From Deltaproteobacteria bacterium (lineage in GTDB: Bacteria; Desulfobacterota; Desulfobulbia; Desulfobulbales; SURF-16), in contig JAJRUT010000056.1 in the NCBI GenBank assembly GCA_024277655.1, forward strand, positions 3,683 through 67,682: DNA of 64,000 bases. Reading direction: 5' to 3'. Made by a program: the position numbers and the translations under genes. Positions within the stretch are counted from its first letter, which is position 1; each line of letters begins with the position of its first letter. The notes beneath the pieces were generated by a model that saw nothing but the letters and a program-made list of their open reading frames with translations, had not been told where the DNA came from and ran no database searches. Positions 27,585-36,932 of this stretch are shown here, one piece after another.

Positions 27585-27896
27585 TCACTCCAGCGCAAAT
27601 AGTGGAATCTGGAACCCTTGGCTGAGAGTAACAGTCTGATAGTGCATCCTGGGTGGATCTTCTTGGGGACTTGTTCTTCTTTCTGCTCCGCTCTTTCCTG
27701 CGTGACTCCTCCAAATGGTGTGATATGTGTTTTTGTCTTTGGGGTAAACCAGGTGGGGTTGCCACAGGTGGTACTGGTCGTCGAGGATAAGCTGGGCTTC
27801 CGTTGCGCTGAGCAGAAGTTGGCTTTTTTTGAATTCATAATACTGGTCGATCTTCTCGTCATTATGACCGGTCATAATTTCGGGTTTGCAGTTCAT
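27585..27896 (-). CDS. doubtful hypothetical ORF at the position where gspK would be expected
   Basis: ATGA overlap with the upstream pseudopilin gene, but no prepilin motif and no recognisable domain. Two other frames are open over the same bases. Confidence 0.25.
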   Translation of the reverse strand: MNCKPEIMTGHNDEKIDQYYEFKKSQLLLSATEAQLILDDQYHLWQPHLVYPKDKNTYHTIWRSHAGKSGAERRTSPQEDPPRMHYQTVTLSQGFQIPLFALE

Positions 27897-28210
27897 CTGT
27901 TTGGTACCAGGATAAGGCTTTCCACCCGGCTTTTCTTTTGGTGGATCAGCTGATAGCGCCGTCCTTCAAGAAAAATTTCCCCATCCGGGATATCCCCATC
28001 AACATTAGTAAAAAAAAGGGGGGTGGCCAGAATAGTTTGTTCGACCTCAAGCAAGCGCTGATAGTGGCGATCAAGTTTACTGATCCGACCCATGGATGTT
28101 GAAAAACTTTCAAGGATAGCCACATAGGCAATGGATAACAGAAGCATGGCGGCCAGCACCTCAATGAGGGTAAAGCCCTGTTTGTCAGGAATTTCAACCA
28201 TGGCTATCAT
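27893..28210 (-). CDS. minor pseudopilin, GspI-like
   Basis: Prepilin motif 'QGFTLIEVLAAMLLLSIAYVAILE'; about 100 aa. Confidence 0.7.
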   Translation of the reverse strand: MIAMVEIPDKQGFTLIEVLAAMLLLSIAYVAILESFSTSMGRISKLDRHYQRLLEVEQTILATPLFFTNVDGDIPDGEIFLEGRRYQLIHQKKSRVESLILVPNR

Positions 28211-28742
28211 CCTCGAGCTGTTTTAGGCACATGGGATAAAAACGGTACTCTTTGCCCGCCAGGACAAGGGTGACGAGACTTGAATCCTCCCCGGTGTACA
28301 GTTGAAATGGCTTATCTGTCTTCAGGAGAGGGATCATATCGTCCTGTGGTGGGAAATTGTCGTTGTAGTCAGGGTTGTAAAAGTCGCGCCGCTCGGTGTA
28401 GTACAGGGTTCCGGTATCTGGGTCAAACTCGTAGAAGGCAAGAATCAGGGAGGCTGCGGGATACATGATGGAGCTTGTGGTGATGACGGAGAACTGTTGG
28501 TCTGATAGTTGGTTGATATTGGGGCTTTTCGTGGCGGGATCAATCCACGCTCCCTGTACCTGGCGGCGGACGAGGAGCGTCAGGTTGTAGTGCTGTTCAA
28601 GTTTTCTGACCTGTTCTTCACCCTTGGTGGTGAATAGGGCTGAGCGGTCGAGAATGGAAAAGATGAGTACCGATATCATACTGAAGATAAGAATGGAGAT
28701 CATCACCTCCAGGAGGGTAAGCCCACGTTGATCCGGTGTCAT
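28194..28742 (-). CDS. minor pseudopilin, GspJ-like
   Basis: Prepilin motif 'RGLTLLEVMISILIFSMISVLIF'; 182 aa. Confidence 0.65.
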   Translation of the reverse strand: MTPDQRGLTLLEVMISILIFSMISVLIFSILDRSALFTTKGEEQVRKLEQHYNLTLLVRRQVQGAWIDPATKSPNINQLSDQQFSVITTSSIMYPAASLILAFYEFDPDTGTLYYTERRDFYNPDYNDNFPPQDDMIPLLKTDKPFQLYTGEDSSLVTLVLAGKEYRFYPMCLKQLEDDSHG

Positions 28743-29179
28743 TTATTTTTCCCCTTTTTATAGGGACGACCGGTGAGAGGATCAATGAGAATGGTTTGGC
28801 TCAGGTTGTTACGCGAAAGAGTCAGGGTTGCCGGGCGACCCCAGCCCTGGGGGGAGAAGTATAGCTCTTCTGGTTGTAGTTTCAGGTTGGTGTCAGGGTG
28901 AAATTGTAACTCTTCAAAGATGGGCTCCCCGCCCTGAATCGTGATTATAAACTGCGGGTCTGCAAAAGATACCGTAATGGGTTTGCCACAGCTTATGGCT
29001 CTGAGCTTGAAACCACGTAGTTTGGCCATGAGGGTACGACCATCTTTTTTAAACTGGTTTTTACGCATGGAGTTGCCAAAGCTTGGGAGGGCAAGGGTTG
29101 TGCATATCGCCAGGATGACAAGGATTGCCATCAGTTCAACCAGGGAAAACCCCTTATTATGATGAGTCTTTTTGGGCAT
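28739..29179 (-). CDS. minor pseudopilin, GspH/FimT-like
   Basis: Prepilin motif 'KGFSLVELMAILVILAICTTLALPSF'; 146 aa. Confidence 0.7.
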   Translation of the reverse strand: MPKKTHHNKGFSLVELMAILVILAICTTLALPSFGNSMRKNQFKKDGRTLMAKLRGFKLRAISCGKPITVSFADPQFIITIQGGEPIFEELQFHPDTNLKLQPEELYFSPQGWGRPATLTLSRNNLSQTILIDPLTGRPYKKGKNK

Positions 29180-30396
29180 TAGATAATATCATTCATGCTG
29201 AGAATAACCGAAAGCATGGATAGGACAATGGTACCTACCCCGGCGGCCATAATAAGGATAAAGGCTGGTTCAATAACGGCGATTAGGTTTTTGACTGAGT
29301 TGCGCAACTCCCCTTCAAAATGATTGGCAATTTGACCGCAGACCTTGCCAATCTGTCCCGATTCTTCCCCCATGGCCAGTAGGTCCACTGCCAGATCATC
29401 AATCAGTTCCCCCTGAAGTTTCGGAGCCACGGCCTGGCCCTCCTTCAGGGCGGTGGTGGCTCGGATAAGCAGCTCACGGTAGCGTGGGTTGGTTACAACT
29501 CCACTTGAAATTTTAAGGGCAGTGACCAGGTGGACGCCGTTATTCACCAGAACCTCAAGGGTATGGAAAATCCTGGTGGTTTCAAGATTGCGAATGAGAG
29601 TGCTTAGAACCGGTAGTTTCAAGGCGGTATCCGCTACAATTTGCTTAATCTTGGGGGAGCGGTAGAGGTAGGTTCCGGTTGCCGGGGGCAGAAGCAGGAG
29701 GAGCAGGGAAAAAAACGGATGGCTGGTTAAAAAGGTGGATATCGCCATGAGGATAATGATGTTGAGGGGCAGTTCCTGGTCAAGCCCGGCAAACAGGGTC
29801 TCAAAACGGGGCATGATACCGAGAAGAAGCGCCATAATAATCCCGAAACCGGCCACAGCCAGAAAGATCGGGTAGATGGCACTTGAAATAACAAACTGTT
29901 TCAACTCTCTGGCTTCATCTTGACTTTGAGCGATTTTTATCAACATTTCCGGTAAGGCCCCACCCTCCTCGCCAGCCCGGACAATATTAACATACATCGA
30001 AGAGAATAGAGGCTCCTCGGCCAGGGCTTCAGATAGAGAGCCGCCCTCTTTGATTTTGGTTTCAAGGCGCAGGATAAAGGCTTGAACTGCGGGTTTTTTG
30101 GCCTGCTTATGCAGGGTACGTAGGGCACCATCCAGTGATTTGCCACTGTCCACCAGCAGGGCCAGTTGTTTGGTGACAAAGCTGATGTCTGTTTGGTTTA
30201 GTTTTTTGTTATGGATGAAGTCTGCCAGGGAAAAGGCGTGTTTTTTACGAAGTTTATAGGGCAGGATAGAGACCGGTCGTATCCCCTGTTGTAGTAACTT
30301 CCTCTTGACCTCATCTTCATTAGGGGCCTGACTGATGCCTTCAAGAACCTCATCGTTGCGGGTGCCGCTATACTTAAACATGCGTGGCGGCCTCAC
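29179..30396 (-). CDS. gspF: type II secretion inner-membrane platform protein GspF
   Basis: 405 aa with a duplicated T2SF domain and three TM segments, positioned after gspE. Confidence 0.9.
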   Translation of the reverse strand: MRPPRMFKYSGTRNDEVLEGISQAPNEDEVKRKLLQQGIRPVSILPYKLRKKHAFSLADFIHNKKLNQTDISFVTKQLALLVDSGKSLDGALRTLHKQAKKPAVQAFILRLETKIKEGGSLSEALAEEPLFSSMYVNIVRAGEEGGALPEMLIKIAQSQDEARELKQFVISSAIYPIFLAVAGFGIIMALLLGIMPRFETLFAGLDQELPLNIIILMAISTFLTSHPFFSLLLLLLPPATGTYLYRSPKIKQIVADTALKLPVLSTLIRNLETTRIFHTLEVLVNNGVHLVTALKISSGVVTNPRYRELLIRATTALKEGQAVAPKLQGELIDDLAVDLLAMGEESGQIGKVCGQIANHFEGELRNSVKNLIAVIEPAFILIMAAGVGTIVLSMLSVILSMNDII

Positions 30397-32053
30397 GGGT
30401 TATGCGTAGCACTTCGGTCATGGAGGTAAGGCCCTGTTCCACCTTGCTTACGCCATCGTTAAACAGGGTGTGAAATCCTGATTGAAAGGCGGCCTGGGTT
30501 AATTCTTCAAGGTCGGCCCGGCGTGAGATAAGGCTGGCAATTTGGGGCGATATGCTGAGCAGTTCGTAGATTCCCACCCGACCGGAGTAGCCAGTTTGGC
30601 TGCAATCAGGGCACCCTTCCCCTTGTTGTAAGGGGAAGTCACGGCCCGCTGGCAATTGATCCAGATATTCGGAGGCCATCCCTCGGCTGATCCGGCAATT
30701 CGGACAGATCCGCCGAACCAGACGTTGGGCGAGGATGCCCCGTAGGGCCGATGAAATCAGGAATCGCTCCACGCCGATGTCGATCAGGCGAATGACAGCG
30801 GACAGGGCATCGTTGGTGTGGAGGGTGGAGAAAACCAGGTGACCGGTGAGGGAGGATTGGACAGCAATTTCCGCCGTTTCAAGGTCGCGAATCTCACCAA
30901 TCATAATCACATCTGGATCCTGACGGACAATGGCCCGCAGTCCCTTGGCAAAGGTCAGGCCAACCTCGGTCTGTACCTGAATCTGATTGATGCCGTGGAG
31001 TTGGTATTCCACCGGGTCTTCCACGGTGATGATCTTGTTTGAGCCGTTATTGATCTGATTGAGGGCGCAGTATAGGGTGGTAGTTTTGCCGGAACCGGTG
31101 GGGCCTGTGACCAGAACAATGCCGTTTGGTTGTTTGATGATGGACTGGAATGATTCCTCGATGGCGGAGGGCATGCCGAGACGACTCAGATCCAGAATAA
31201 CGTTCTCCTTTTCAAGGATACGAATGACCACTCCTTCGCCATGGATGGTGGGTAGGGTGGAGACGCGCAAGTCAATCTCTTTGCCACTGAGGCGCATGGA
31301 TATCTTACCGTCCTGGGGGACACGGCGCTCGGCAATATCAAGGGTTGCCAGCAGTTTTATTCTGGAGACGATTGCGGCCTGCATGGAGCGGAGCGGGGTT
31401 TCATGCTCGTACAGGATGCCGTCAATCCGAAAACGGATCACCTGCCCGGATTCAAAGGGTTCAATATGAATATCAGAGGCCCGTCGGGACACGGCGGTAT
31501 CAATAAGATTATTGACGTATTTAATGACTGGTGCTTCCGAGGCCATGTCCTTTAGCCGATCAATATCCGATTCTTCAAGAAACAGCTCATCCTCTTTGTG
31601 GTCGGTGAGTTTCAGGTCGTAATGCTCATCACAAAGTTTTTCGAGGTTGGCGGGTAGGGTAAGCTGGATAATGGGGCGGAATTCAGGATAGGAGTTTTGG
31701 CTGCAAATCTCCGCAGCTGACAGGGTTTCGTGGTTGCCCATATCAGCAAAAAGTATGATGAGAATATCTATCCGTTGAATAAGGCAGAAGAGGTGCTGGC
31801 GATGAAACTCCTGGCCGAGGTCAATTGCCAGAAAGATGTCGTCATCCTCCGGTTGATAGAGCGACAGGTTAAGGAGAGTGGCCTTGGTGGTAAGGACATC
31901 CTCTTCACTTAAAAAGCCGAGGGAGAGGAGAATCTCCGGCAGTTGCTGCGAGGACGACTCGAGGTGGGAGATGGCGCGGTCAAGTTTTGATTGGCTCAGC
32001 CTGCCGGTTTCCACCAGAAGGGAGCCAAAGGCTTTGTTGTCAAAAAGACTCAC
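30374..32053 (-). CDS. gspE: type II secretion ATPase GspE
   Basis: Walker A 'GPTGSGKTTT', Walker B 'VIMIGEIRD', His box 'LTGHLVFSTLHTND', tetracysteine 'CPNC...CPDC', and a T2SSE_N-type N-terminus. Confidence 0.92.
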   Translation of the reverse strand: MSLFDNKAFGSLLVETGRLSQSKLDRAISHLESSSQQLPEILLSLGFLSEEDVLTTKATLLNLSLYQPEDDDIFLAIDLGQEFHRQHLFCLIQRIDILIILFADMGNHETLSAAEICSQNSYPEFRPIIQLTLPANLEKLCDEHYDLKLTDHKEDELFLEESDIDRLKDMASEAPVIKYVNNLIDTAVSRRASDIHIEPFESGQVIRFRIDGILYEHETPLRSMQAAIVSRIKLLATLDIAERRVPQDGKISMRLSGKEIDLRVSTLPTIHGEGVVIRILEKENVILDLSRLGMPSAIEESFQSIIKQPNGIVLVTGPTGSGKTTTLYCALNQINNGSNKIITVEDPVEYQLHGINQIQVQTEVGLTFAKGLRAIVRQDPDVIMIGEIRDLETAEIAVQSSLTGHLVFSTLHTNDALSAVIRLIDIGVERFLISSALRGILAQRLVRRICPNCRISRGMASEYLDQLPAGRDFPLQQGEGCPDCSQTGYSGRVGIYELLSISPQIASLISRRADLEELTQAAFQSGFHTLFNDGVSKVEQGLTSMTEVLRITREAATHV

Positions 32054-32460
32054 AGGTAGTTCTCTCGGGTTAGTGGCTTGATACTAAGTGATTTTGCGGA
32101 CTCTTTTTTAGTTGTATAACAGATTACAGGTGGCGGAGCCAATTTTTCTTAAGCCATCCTATGGCAGCGGTGTTCAGAGATGGGCATCTTGGCGAACATC
32201 CCGTAAATACAAGAAAAATATAGATTAAACCAACCAATAGGCCTTTTTAGGCTTCTGCTTGACCTGCACCAATGTCCCTGTTAGATATGTGACATGTTGC
32301 CACATGTGGCGATTGCGCTCGGGGGCGGTGTTGAGTGTTTTATGGCTTTGGAATACCAGACTCCTTATGGTACCTATCGTGTTTTGTCGAGGGGTGCTGC
32401 ATTCTGTCTGAAAAACGAAGACATGGTACTGGTTGCAGAACTAACAGGTGGCATTTTCCC

Positions 32461-33162
32461 ATGAAAGAACGTTGTCAGGATTGTAGTCTAAAGCAGATTA
32501 TCGGCACGTCACAGGCCACCCAGGATCTTCTTGTCGAGATGCAGGTCATTGCCGGGGCTGGGGTTGATACGGTCTTGGTGACGGGTGACTCTGGTACGGG
32601 TAAGGAGCTTGTTGCCGGTCATCTGTATAAACTTATGAGTAAGGGGCACAATACTCCTCTTGTTCGGGTGAACTGTGCGGCCTTGCCGGAGGCGCTCCTT
32701 GAAGAGGAATTGTTTGGCCATAGCAAAGGGGCGTTCACCGATGCCAGATGTGATAAAAAGGGACTGTTTGAGCTTGCTGACGGGGGATGTCTGCTCCTTG
32801 ATGAAATTAAGGACAATGCCCCATCCTGTTCCGAGTGTCATGACGGTTCGGGTCAGACTCCGGATGGAACCAAAATGGTTCCCTTTGCTGCTCTTGGCTA
32901 CCAGTCCTTTCCAACCAGTGCGATGTGTTCTCTCTGTCACGAGAGTGAGAGTATGAACTGGGATGATATGCACGCCAAACATGTGGAAGATAAGGGTCTT
33001 GACTGTGTGTCCTGTCATACTACACCACCCACCGGGCTTAGGGCATCCCGCCTGAGCCTCTGTGCCGACTGTCACGACTATGAGTCCGAGACCGATTCGC
33101 AGAATATCCATAATAAGCATGTGAAGGAGAGTATCGGTTGCGCAACCTGTCATACCTTCTAG
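32461..33162 (+). CDS. chimeric ORF: N-terminal half of a sigma-54 activator AAA+ domain fused in frame to a 5xCxxCH cytochrome c-like domain (possible fusion pseudogene)
   Basis: The first part reads 'IIGTSQATQDLL...VLVTGDSGTGKELVAGHLY...LFGHSKGAFTDA...GGCLLLDEI' (Walker A to Walker B). From about 32809 it switches to 'KDNAPSCSECH..CSLCH..CVSCH..CADCH..CATCH'. No signal peptide. The open frame extends upstream to a GTG at 32335. Confidence 0.5.
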   Translation: MKERCQDCSLKQIIGTSQATQDLLVEMQVIAGAGVDTVLVTGDSGTGKELVAGHLYKLMSKGHNTPLVRVNCAALPEALLEEELFGHSKGAFTDARCDKKGLFELADGGCLLLDEIKDNAPSCSECHDGSGQTPDGTKMVPFAALGYQSFPTSAMCSLCHESESMNWDDMHAKHVEDKGLDCVSCHTTPPTGLRASRLSLCADCHDYESETDSQNIHNKHVKESIGCATCHTF

Positions 33163-33347
33163 TTTAATCCGGAAGGTTTGCTATAAAAGGGTCTGGGGAT
33201 TGTTCCCCCGGACCCTTTTTTGTTTGTTGGCACTGCTGTATGTTTCTTTTTCCATGACATAGTTGCTTCTTGTTTGGTATGACTTCCCTGTAACCTGTTG
33301 TAATTATTCAAGGCACTCATAATGAATATTTCTGGTGTAGGTGGATT

Positions 33348-34043
33348 ATGTCTTCTTTTGTGAAAGTAAAGGCGATGGTGCCTGTTTGCATGCTGTTTTT
33401 TTTGTGTATGCTCCCCGGGGCGGGGTTTGCCAAGGGCGCGCTTAAACCGGTGTGGCTCACCTTTAGCCATGGGGATTGTCCCGATGGTTATCAGGTTAAA
33501 ATTAGAGGTGACCGCCCTTTCAAGGTGGACAATCATTTTTTGATTGCTGATCCGCCACGGCTTGTGGTGGATGTTGCCAATGCCAAGGTGGGGAAAAATA
33601 TATATATCAAAGTGGATCAGCCCGAGATAACCATGATCCGGGTGGCCAACCGAGAGCAAAGGGTGCGGGTTGTCCTGGATTTACCAAAAGACTCAAGCCA
33701 GAAGTATAAGTTTGTTGAGAAAGATCATAGGGTTATCGTTACCCTCTTGGCTGAGAAGTCTGCCGCCGCTAAAGCGCAAATTGCAAATTCTTCCGATTTG
33801 CCCGATGGTTATGTGTCAATCCAACTGCACAGGGCTGAACTGACAGATTTTTTTGCCATTATCTCCAAATCCTCCGGTCAGCGCATTGATGTGGATGAGT
33901 CGCTCAAAACACCGATTTCCCTGCGTCTGGTTAATGTCAGGTGGCAGGACGCCCTGGCCCAGGTACTTAAATTATACTCCCTTGATGTTGAAGAGCAGGA
34001 GGGACGTTGGTATGTCCATTCAGGGCGTGAAGCGCTAAAATAG
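33348..34043 (+). CDS. AMIN domain + secretin N0/STN-like domain protein lacking a secretin core
   Basis: Signal peptide. AMIN-like region 'FLIADPPRLVVDVANAKV...ITMIRVANREQRVRVVLDL'. C-terminal 'VSIQLHRAELTDFFAIISKSSGQRIDVDESLKTPISLRLVNVRWQDALAQVLKLYSL'. Confidence 0.6.
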   Translation: MSSFVKVKAMVPVCMLFFLCMLPGAGFAKGALKPVWLTFSHGDCPDGYQVKIRGDRPFKVDNHFLIADPPRLVVDVANAKVGKNIYIKVDQPEITMIRVANREQRVRVVLDLPKDSSQKYKFVEKDHRVIVTLLAEKSAAAKAQIANSSDLPDGYVSIQLHRAELTDFFAIISKSSGQRIDVDESLKTPISLRLVNVRWQDALAQVLKLYSLDVEEQEGRWYVHSGREALK

Positions 34044-34104
34044 TTTCAGAAAAAGAGTCTCGCAACCGATACGGAGAGTATATTATTTTCTTTGGAGGTG
34101 TCCC

Positions 34105-34638
34105 ATGAAGATCAACGGTGCTGCTGGTGCGGGTCAGCTTAAAACTCTTTTACCCGTAAAGTCAGAAGGTTCTGAGGCCAGGAAGTCGGGGCAGTATTCG
34201 GTTTCAGGGGCAGAGACTCGTTTTAATAGTTTTAAGTTAGAGCTTTTTGGTGAGACAAAGGAGAGATTTTCGGTTCAATCGGGGCTGGCCCATCTTCTCC
34301 AAAATAAGGAATTTGATGTTTCATCCCTAGAGTATGACGGACGATCTATTCTGGATTTATCCCCCGAGGCGGCGGCGGATCTTGTTAGCGAAGAGGGTTA
34401 TTACGGAGTAAAGAATACCGCAGCCCGTCTGTCTGGCTTTGTTATAGGTGGTGGGGGTGCTGATTTTGACAAGATTCGCTCAGGACGTGAGGGTATTGTC
34501 AGGGGATTTAAAGAGGCGGAACAGTTATGGGGCGGTGAATTACCTGAAATTAGTTACAAGACCTTGGAGCTTGCCCTGGGGCAGATTGATGCCCGTATTC
34601 AGGAGCTCGGTGGTTCGGTGATTAATACGGCGGTATAG
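34105..34638 (+). CDS. hypothetical protein
   Basis: 177-aa ORF with GGAGG RBS and no firm motif. Confidence 0.45.
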   Translation: MKINGAAGAGQLKTLLPVKSEGSEARKSGQYSVSGAETRFNSFKLELFGETKERFSVQSGLAHLLQNKEFDVSSLEYDGRSILDLSPEAAADLVSEEGYYGVKNTAARLSGFVIGGGGADFDKIRSGREGIVRGFKEAEQLWGGELPEISYKTLELALGQIDARIQELGGSVINTAV

Positions 34639-34662
34639 AACTTTTTGTGGCAGTGGTAAAAA

Positions 34663-34701
34663 GGGGTTGAGTCAGCATCTTGTTGATTCAACCCCTTTTT
34701 T
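34663..34701 (+). terminator. rho-independent terminator
   Basis: Stem ggggttga/tcaacccc followed by T6. Confidence 0.75.
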
Positions 34702-35005
34702 AATTTAGGGTAAGAAAAATGGTGTAAAAACTAAAGGGGGGCCACTTAGCGCAAGTGGCAGATTCCTATAAATTTAACGTTTTATGGCCATTTTTTTTTG
34801 GGGATCTATCTGCCGAAATTATCATGAAAATTGATATTGTAAAGGTCTAGCCACAGAATCGACGGAACAACACAGAATATTTTGTCCGTGTTGTTCCGTG
34901 GCTAAAAGAAAAGTTGTAATGTTTGGCTAAATAATCCCGTTTTTCTAGTTTACTTGCGTTAAGTGGATATTCCCCCCTAAAACTAAAAATCTGCAACGAA
35001 TAAAT

Positions 35006-35719
35006 ATGAGCCAAGAAAAAAAAGCAGTTATTCTTCTGAGTGGTGGACTGGACTCCACCACTGTCCTTGCCATCGCCCTGCAACAGGGGTTTTCCTGTTA
35101 TTGTCTGAGCTTTTCCTACGGCCAACGGCAAACGGTGGAGCTTGAACGGGCAAAGCAGGTGGCACAGGTTCAGGGTGCGACCAGGCATCTGATCTTGAAC
35201 CTTGACCTTGGTAAAATAGGTGGCTCGGCGCTGACCACCGATATGCCGGTGCCAAAATCAAGATCCATCGGTCAGATGGGAGATTCAGGGGTGCCGGTGA
35301 CCTATGTCCCGGCCAGGAATACGATATTTCTCTCCCATGCCATCGCCTGGGCCGAGGTGGTGGGTTCCTTTGATATCTTTGTCGGGGTGAATGCCCTTGA
35401 TTACAGTGGCTATCCCGATTGTCGCCCGGCCTTTATCGGTGCCATGGAACAGGTGGCCAATCTGGGGACAAGTGTCGGGGTGGAGGATCAGCAACGCTTT
35501 AAGATTCATACTCCCCTTATGCGTCTCACCAAAAAGGAAATTGTCCAGAAGGGGCTTAGTCTTGGCGTTGATTATTCCATAACCCATAGCTGTTATGACC
35601 CCGATACCGAGGGTAAGTCCTGTGGTCAATGTGATGCCTGTCTCCTGCGCTTGAAAGGTTTTGCTGAGGCTGGGTGTGTGGATCCAATCTCATACCAGAC
35701 AGGAAAGTCCCATGGATAG
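35006..35719 (+). CDS. queC: 7-cyano-7-deazaguanine synthase QueC
   Basis: '[15 protein letters not shown]' PP-loop and the C-terminal Zn cluster 'CYDP...[10 protein letters not shown]'. Confidence 0.92.
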   Translation: MSQEKKAVILLSGGLDSTTVLAIALQQGFSCYCLSFSYGQRQTVELERAKQVAQVQGATRHLILNLDLGKIGGSALTTDMPVPKSRSIGQMGDSGVPVTYVPARNTIFLSHAIAWAEVVGSFDIFVGVNALDYSGYPDCRPAFIGAMEQVANLGTSVGVEDQQRFKIHTPLMRLTKKEIVQKGLSLGVDYSITHSCYDPDTEGKSCGQCDACLLRLKGFAEAGCVDPISYQTGKSHG

Positions 35720-36716
35720 GTTTGATTGTGGTGGTTGTTTTATGGCCGGTTTGCCGGGGCCGACCCTTGATGGGGGAACAATGCGTCTCATGGCTGAATT
35801 TGGGGTTAATCACTTTATCCTGTTTAAGCGCAATATTGTCGATGCCGCGCAGGTGCGGAATCTCTGTCTGGCTATTGTCGGCTACTGTCAGGAGCAACAT
35901 CTGCTGGAACCGCTTATTGCGATCGATCAGGAAGGCGGAACGGTGCAGCGTCTAAAGCCACCGTTTCCGCAGTTTGCTGATGCCAGAGCGTATGGTACCT
36001 GCAACAAGCCGGAGGAGGCACTCGTTCGCTATAGCCAGGAAAATGGCGCGCTGCTTGCGGGGCTTGGTATCAACGTTAACTTTGCCCCGGTTCTCGATGT
36101 TTGCCCTGAGGGGCAGGACTGTTTTATGGAGCATCGCTGTCTGCATGATGACCCTGATATGGTAGCCCGGCTTGGCGCTCTTGTTATTGCTGGGTTTCAG
36201 GGGCTTGGGGTCGCCGCCTGTGGCAAACATTTCCCCGGCCTTGGTGAGGCTGTTATCGACCCCCATTTGCACCTGCCCCGGCTGGACGATGATCTGGCTA
36301 AAATACGAAGCTTTGATCTTATTCCCTTTAGGCGGGCGATTGAGGTCGGGGTGGGTCTTATGATGACGTCCCATGTCCAGTATGATGGTGTTGACCCTGA
36401 GCATCTGGCCACCATGTCGCCTTTTATCCTGCAGGATCTCCTCCGGGCTGAACTCGGGTTTAATGGTGTTGTGGTGACCGATGACCTGGAGATGGGGGCG
36501 GTGAAGAACCATTTTGGCGTGGCTGAGGCGGCGGTGTTGTCCCTTGAGGCCGGTGCGGATCTTCTCCTAATCTGTGAGGAACAGGGGTATGTTCGCCAGG
36601 GGGTGGAGCTTTTACTAGACCGTTGTCAAGGGGATGGTGTGCTGGCGGCGCGTCTGCACGAGGCCCTGGGCCGAATAAAAAGACTTTCTGCTTGTTTTGG
36701 TCGGAAACATGATTAA
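35712..36716 (+). CDS. nagZ: beta-N-acetylhexosaminidase NagZ (GH3)
   Basis: '[11 protein letters not shown]' and '[18 protein letters not shown]'. ATG at 35712 overlaps the queC stop by 8 nt. Confidence 0.85.
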   Translation: MDRFDCGGCFMAGLPGPTLDGGTMRLMAEFGVNHFILFKRNIVDAAQVRNLCLAIVGYCQEQHLLEPLIAIDQEGGTVQRLKPPFPQFADARAYGTCNKPEEALVRYSQENGALLAGLGINVNFAPVLDVCPEGQDCFMEHRCLHDDPDMVARLGALVIAGFQGLGVAACGKHFPGLGEAVIDPHLHLPRLDDDLAKIRSFDLIPFRRAIEVGVGLMMTSHVQYDGVDPEHLATMSPFILQDLLRAELGFNGVVVTDDLEMGAVKNHFGVAEAAVLSLEAGADLLLICEEQGYVRQGVELLLDRCQGDGVLAARLHEALGRIKRLSACFGRKHD

Positions 36717-36844
36717 CGTATTGGAATGATTGGCTTTAGAGGTAGAGCGGGTTGGTTTACCTGAAAGAAAAATAATTGACTGCTGGAGGTGGAGTTCTTT
36801 TTTTCGTATACTTAACATTGTAGTGGCAGTTTGAGTTTAGTGCG

Positions 36845-36878
36845 GTCTTGAAAATCAGCACGGACTGATTTTCAAGAC
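36845..36878 (+). promoter_or_regulatory. perfect 14-bp hairpin in the leader of the HPF-CSD gene
   Basis: gtcttgaaaatcag-cacgga-ctgattttcaagac, ending 55 nt upstream of the ATG. Confidence 0.4.
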
Positions 36879-36932
36879 GTTCCTTTGCCGAAGTAACGAA
36901 ATTTTGGCAAACCCTATATTAAGGAGGCGTGT

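Noticed and set aside
34940-35005. Possible preQ1-I riboswitch in the queC leader ('TTCCCCCCTAAAACTAAAAA').
   Set aside because: The C-run and A-rich tail resemble the 3' half of preQ1-I. However, no complementary G-rich 5' strand lies within about 20 nt upstream to form P1, and the loop/tail pairing for P2 is not evident. An Rfam scan is needed before it can be claimed.
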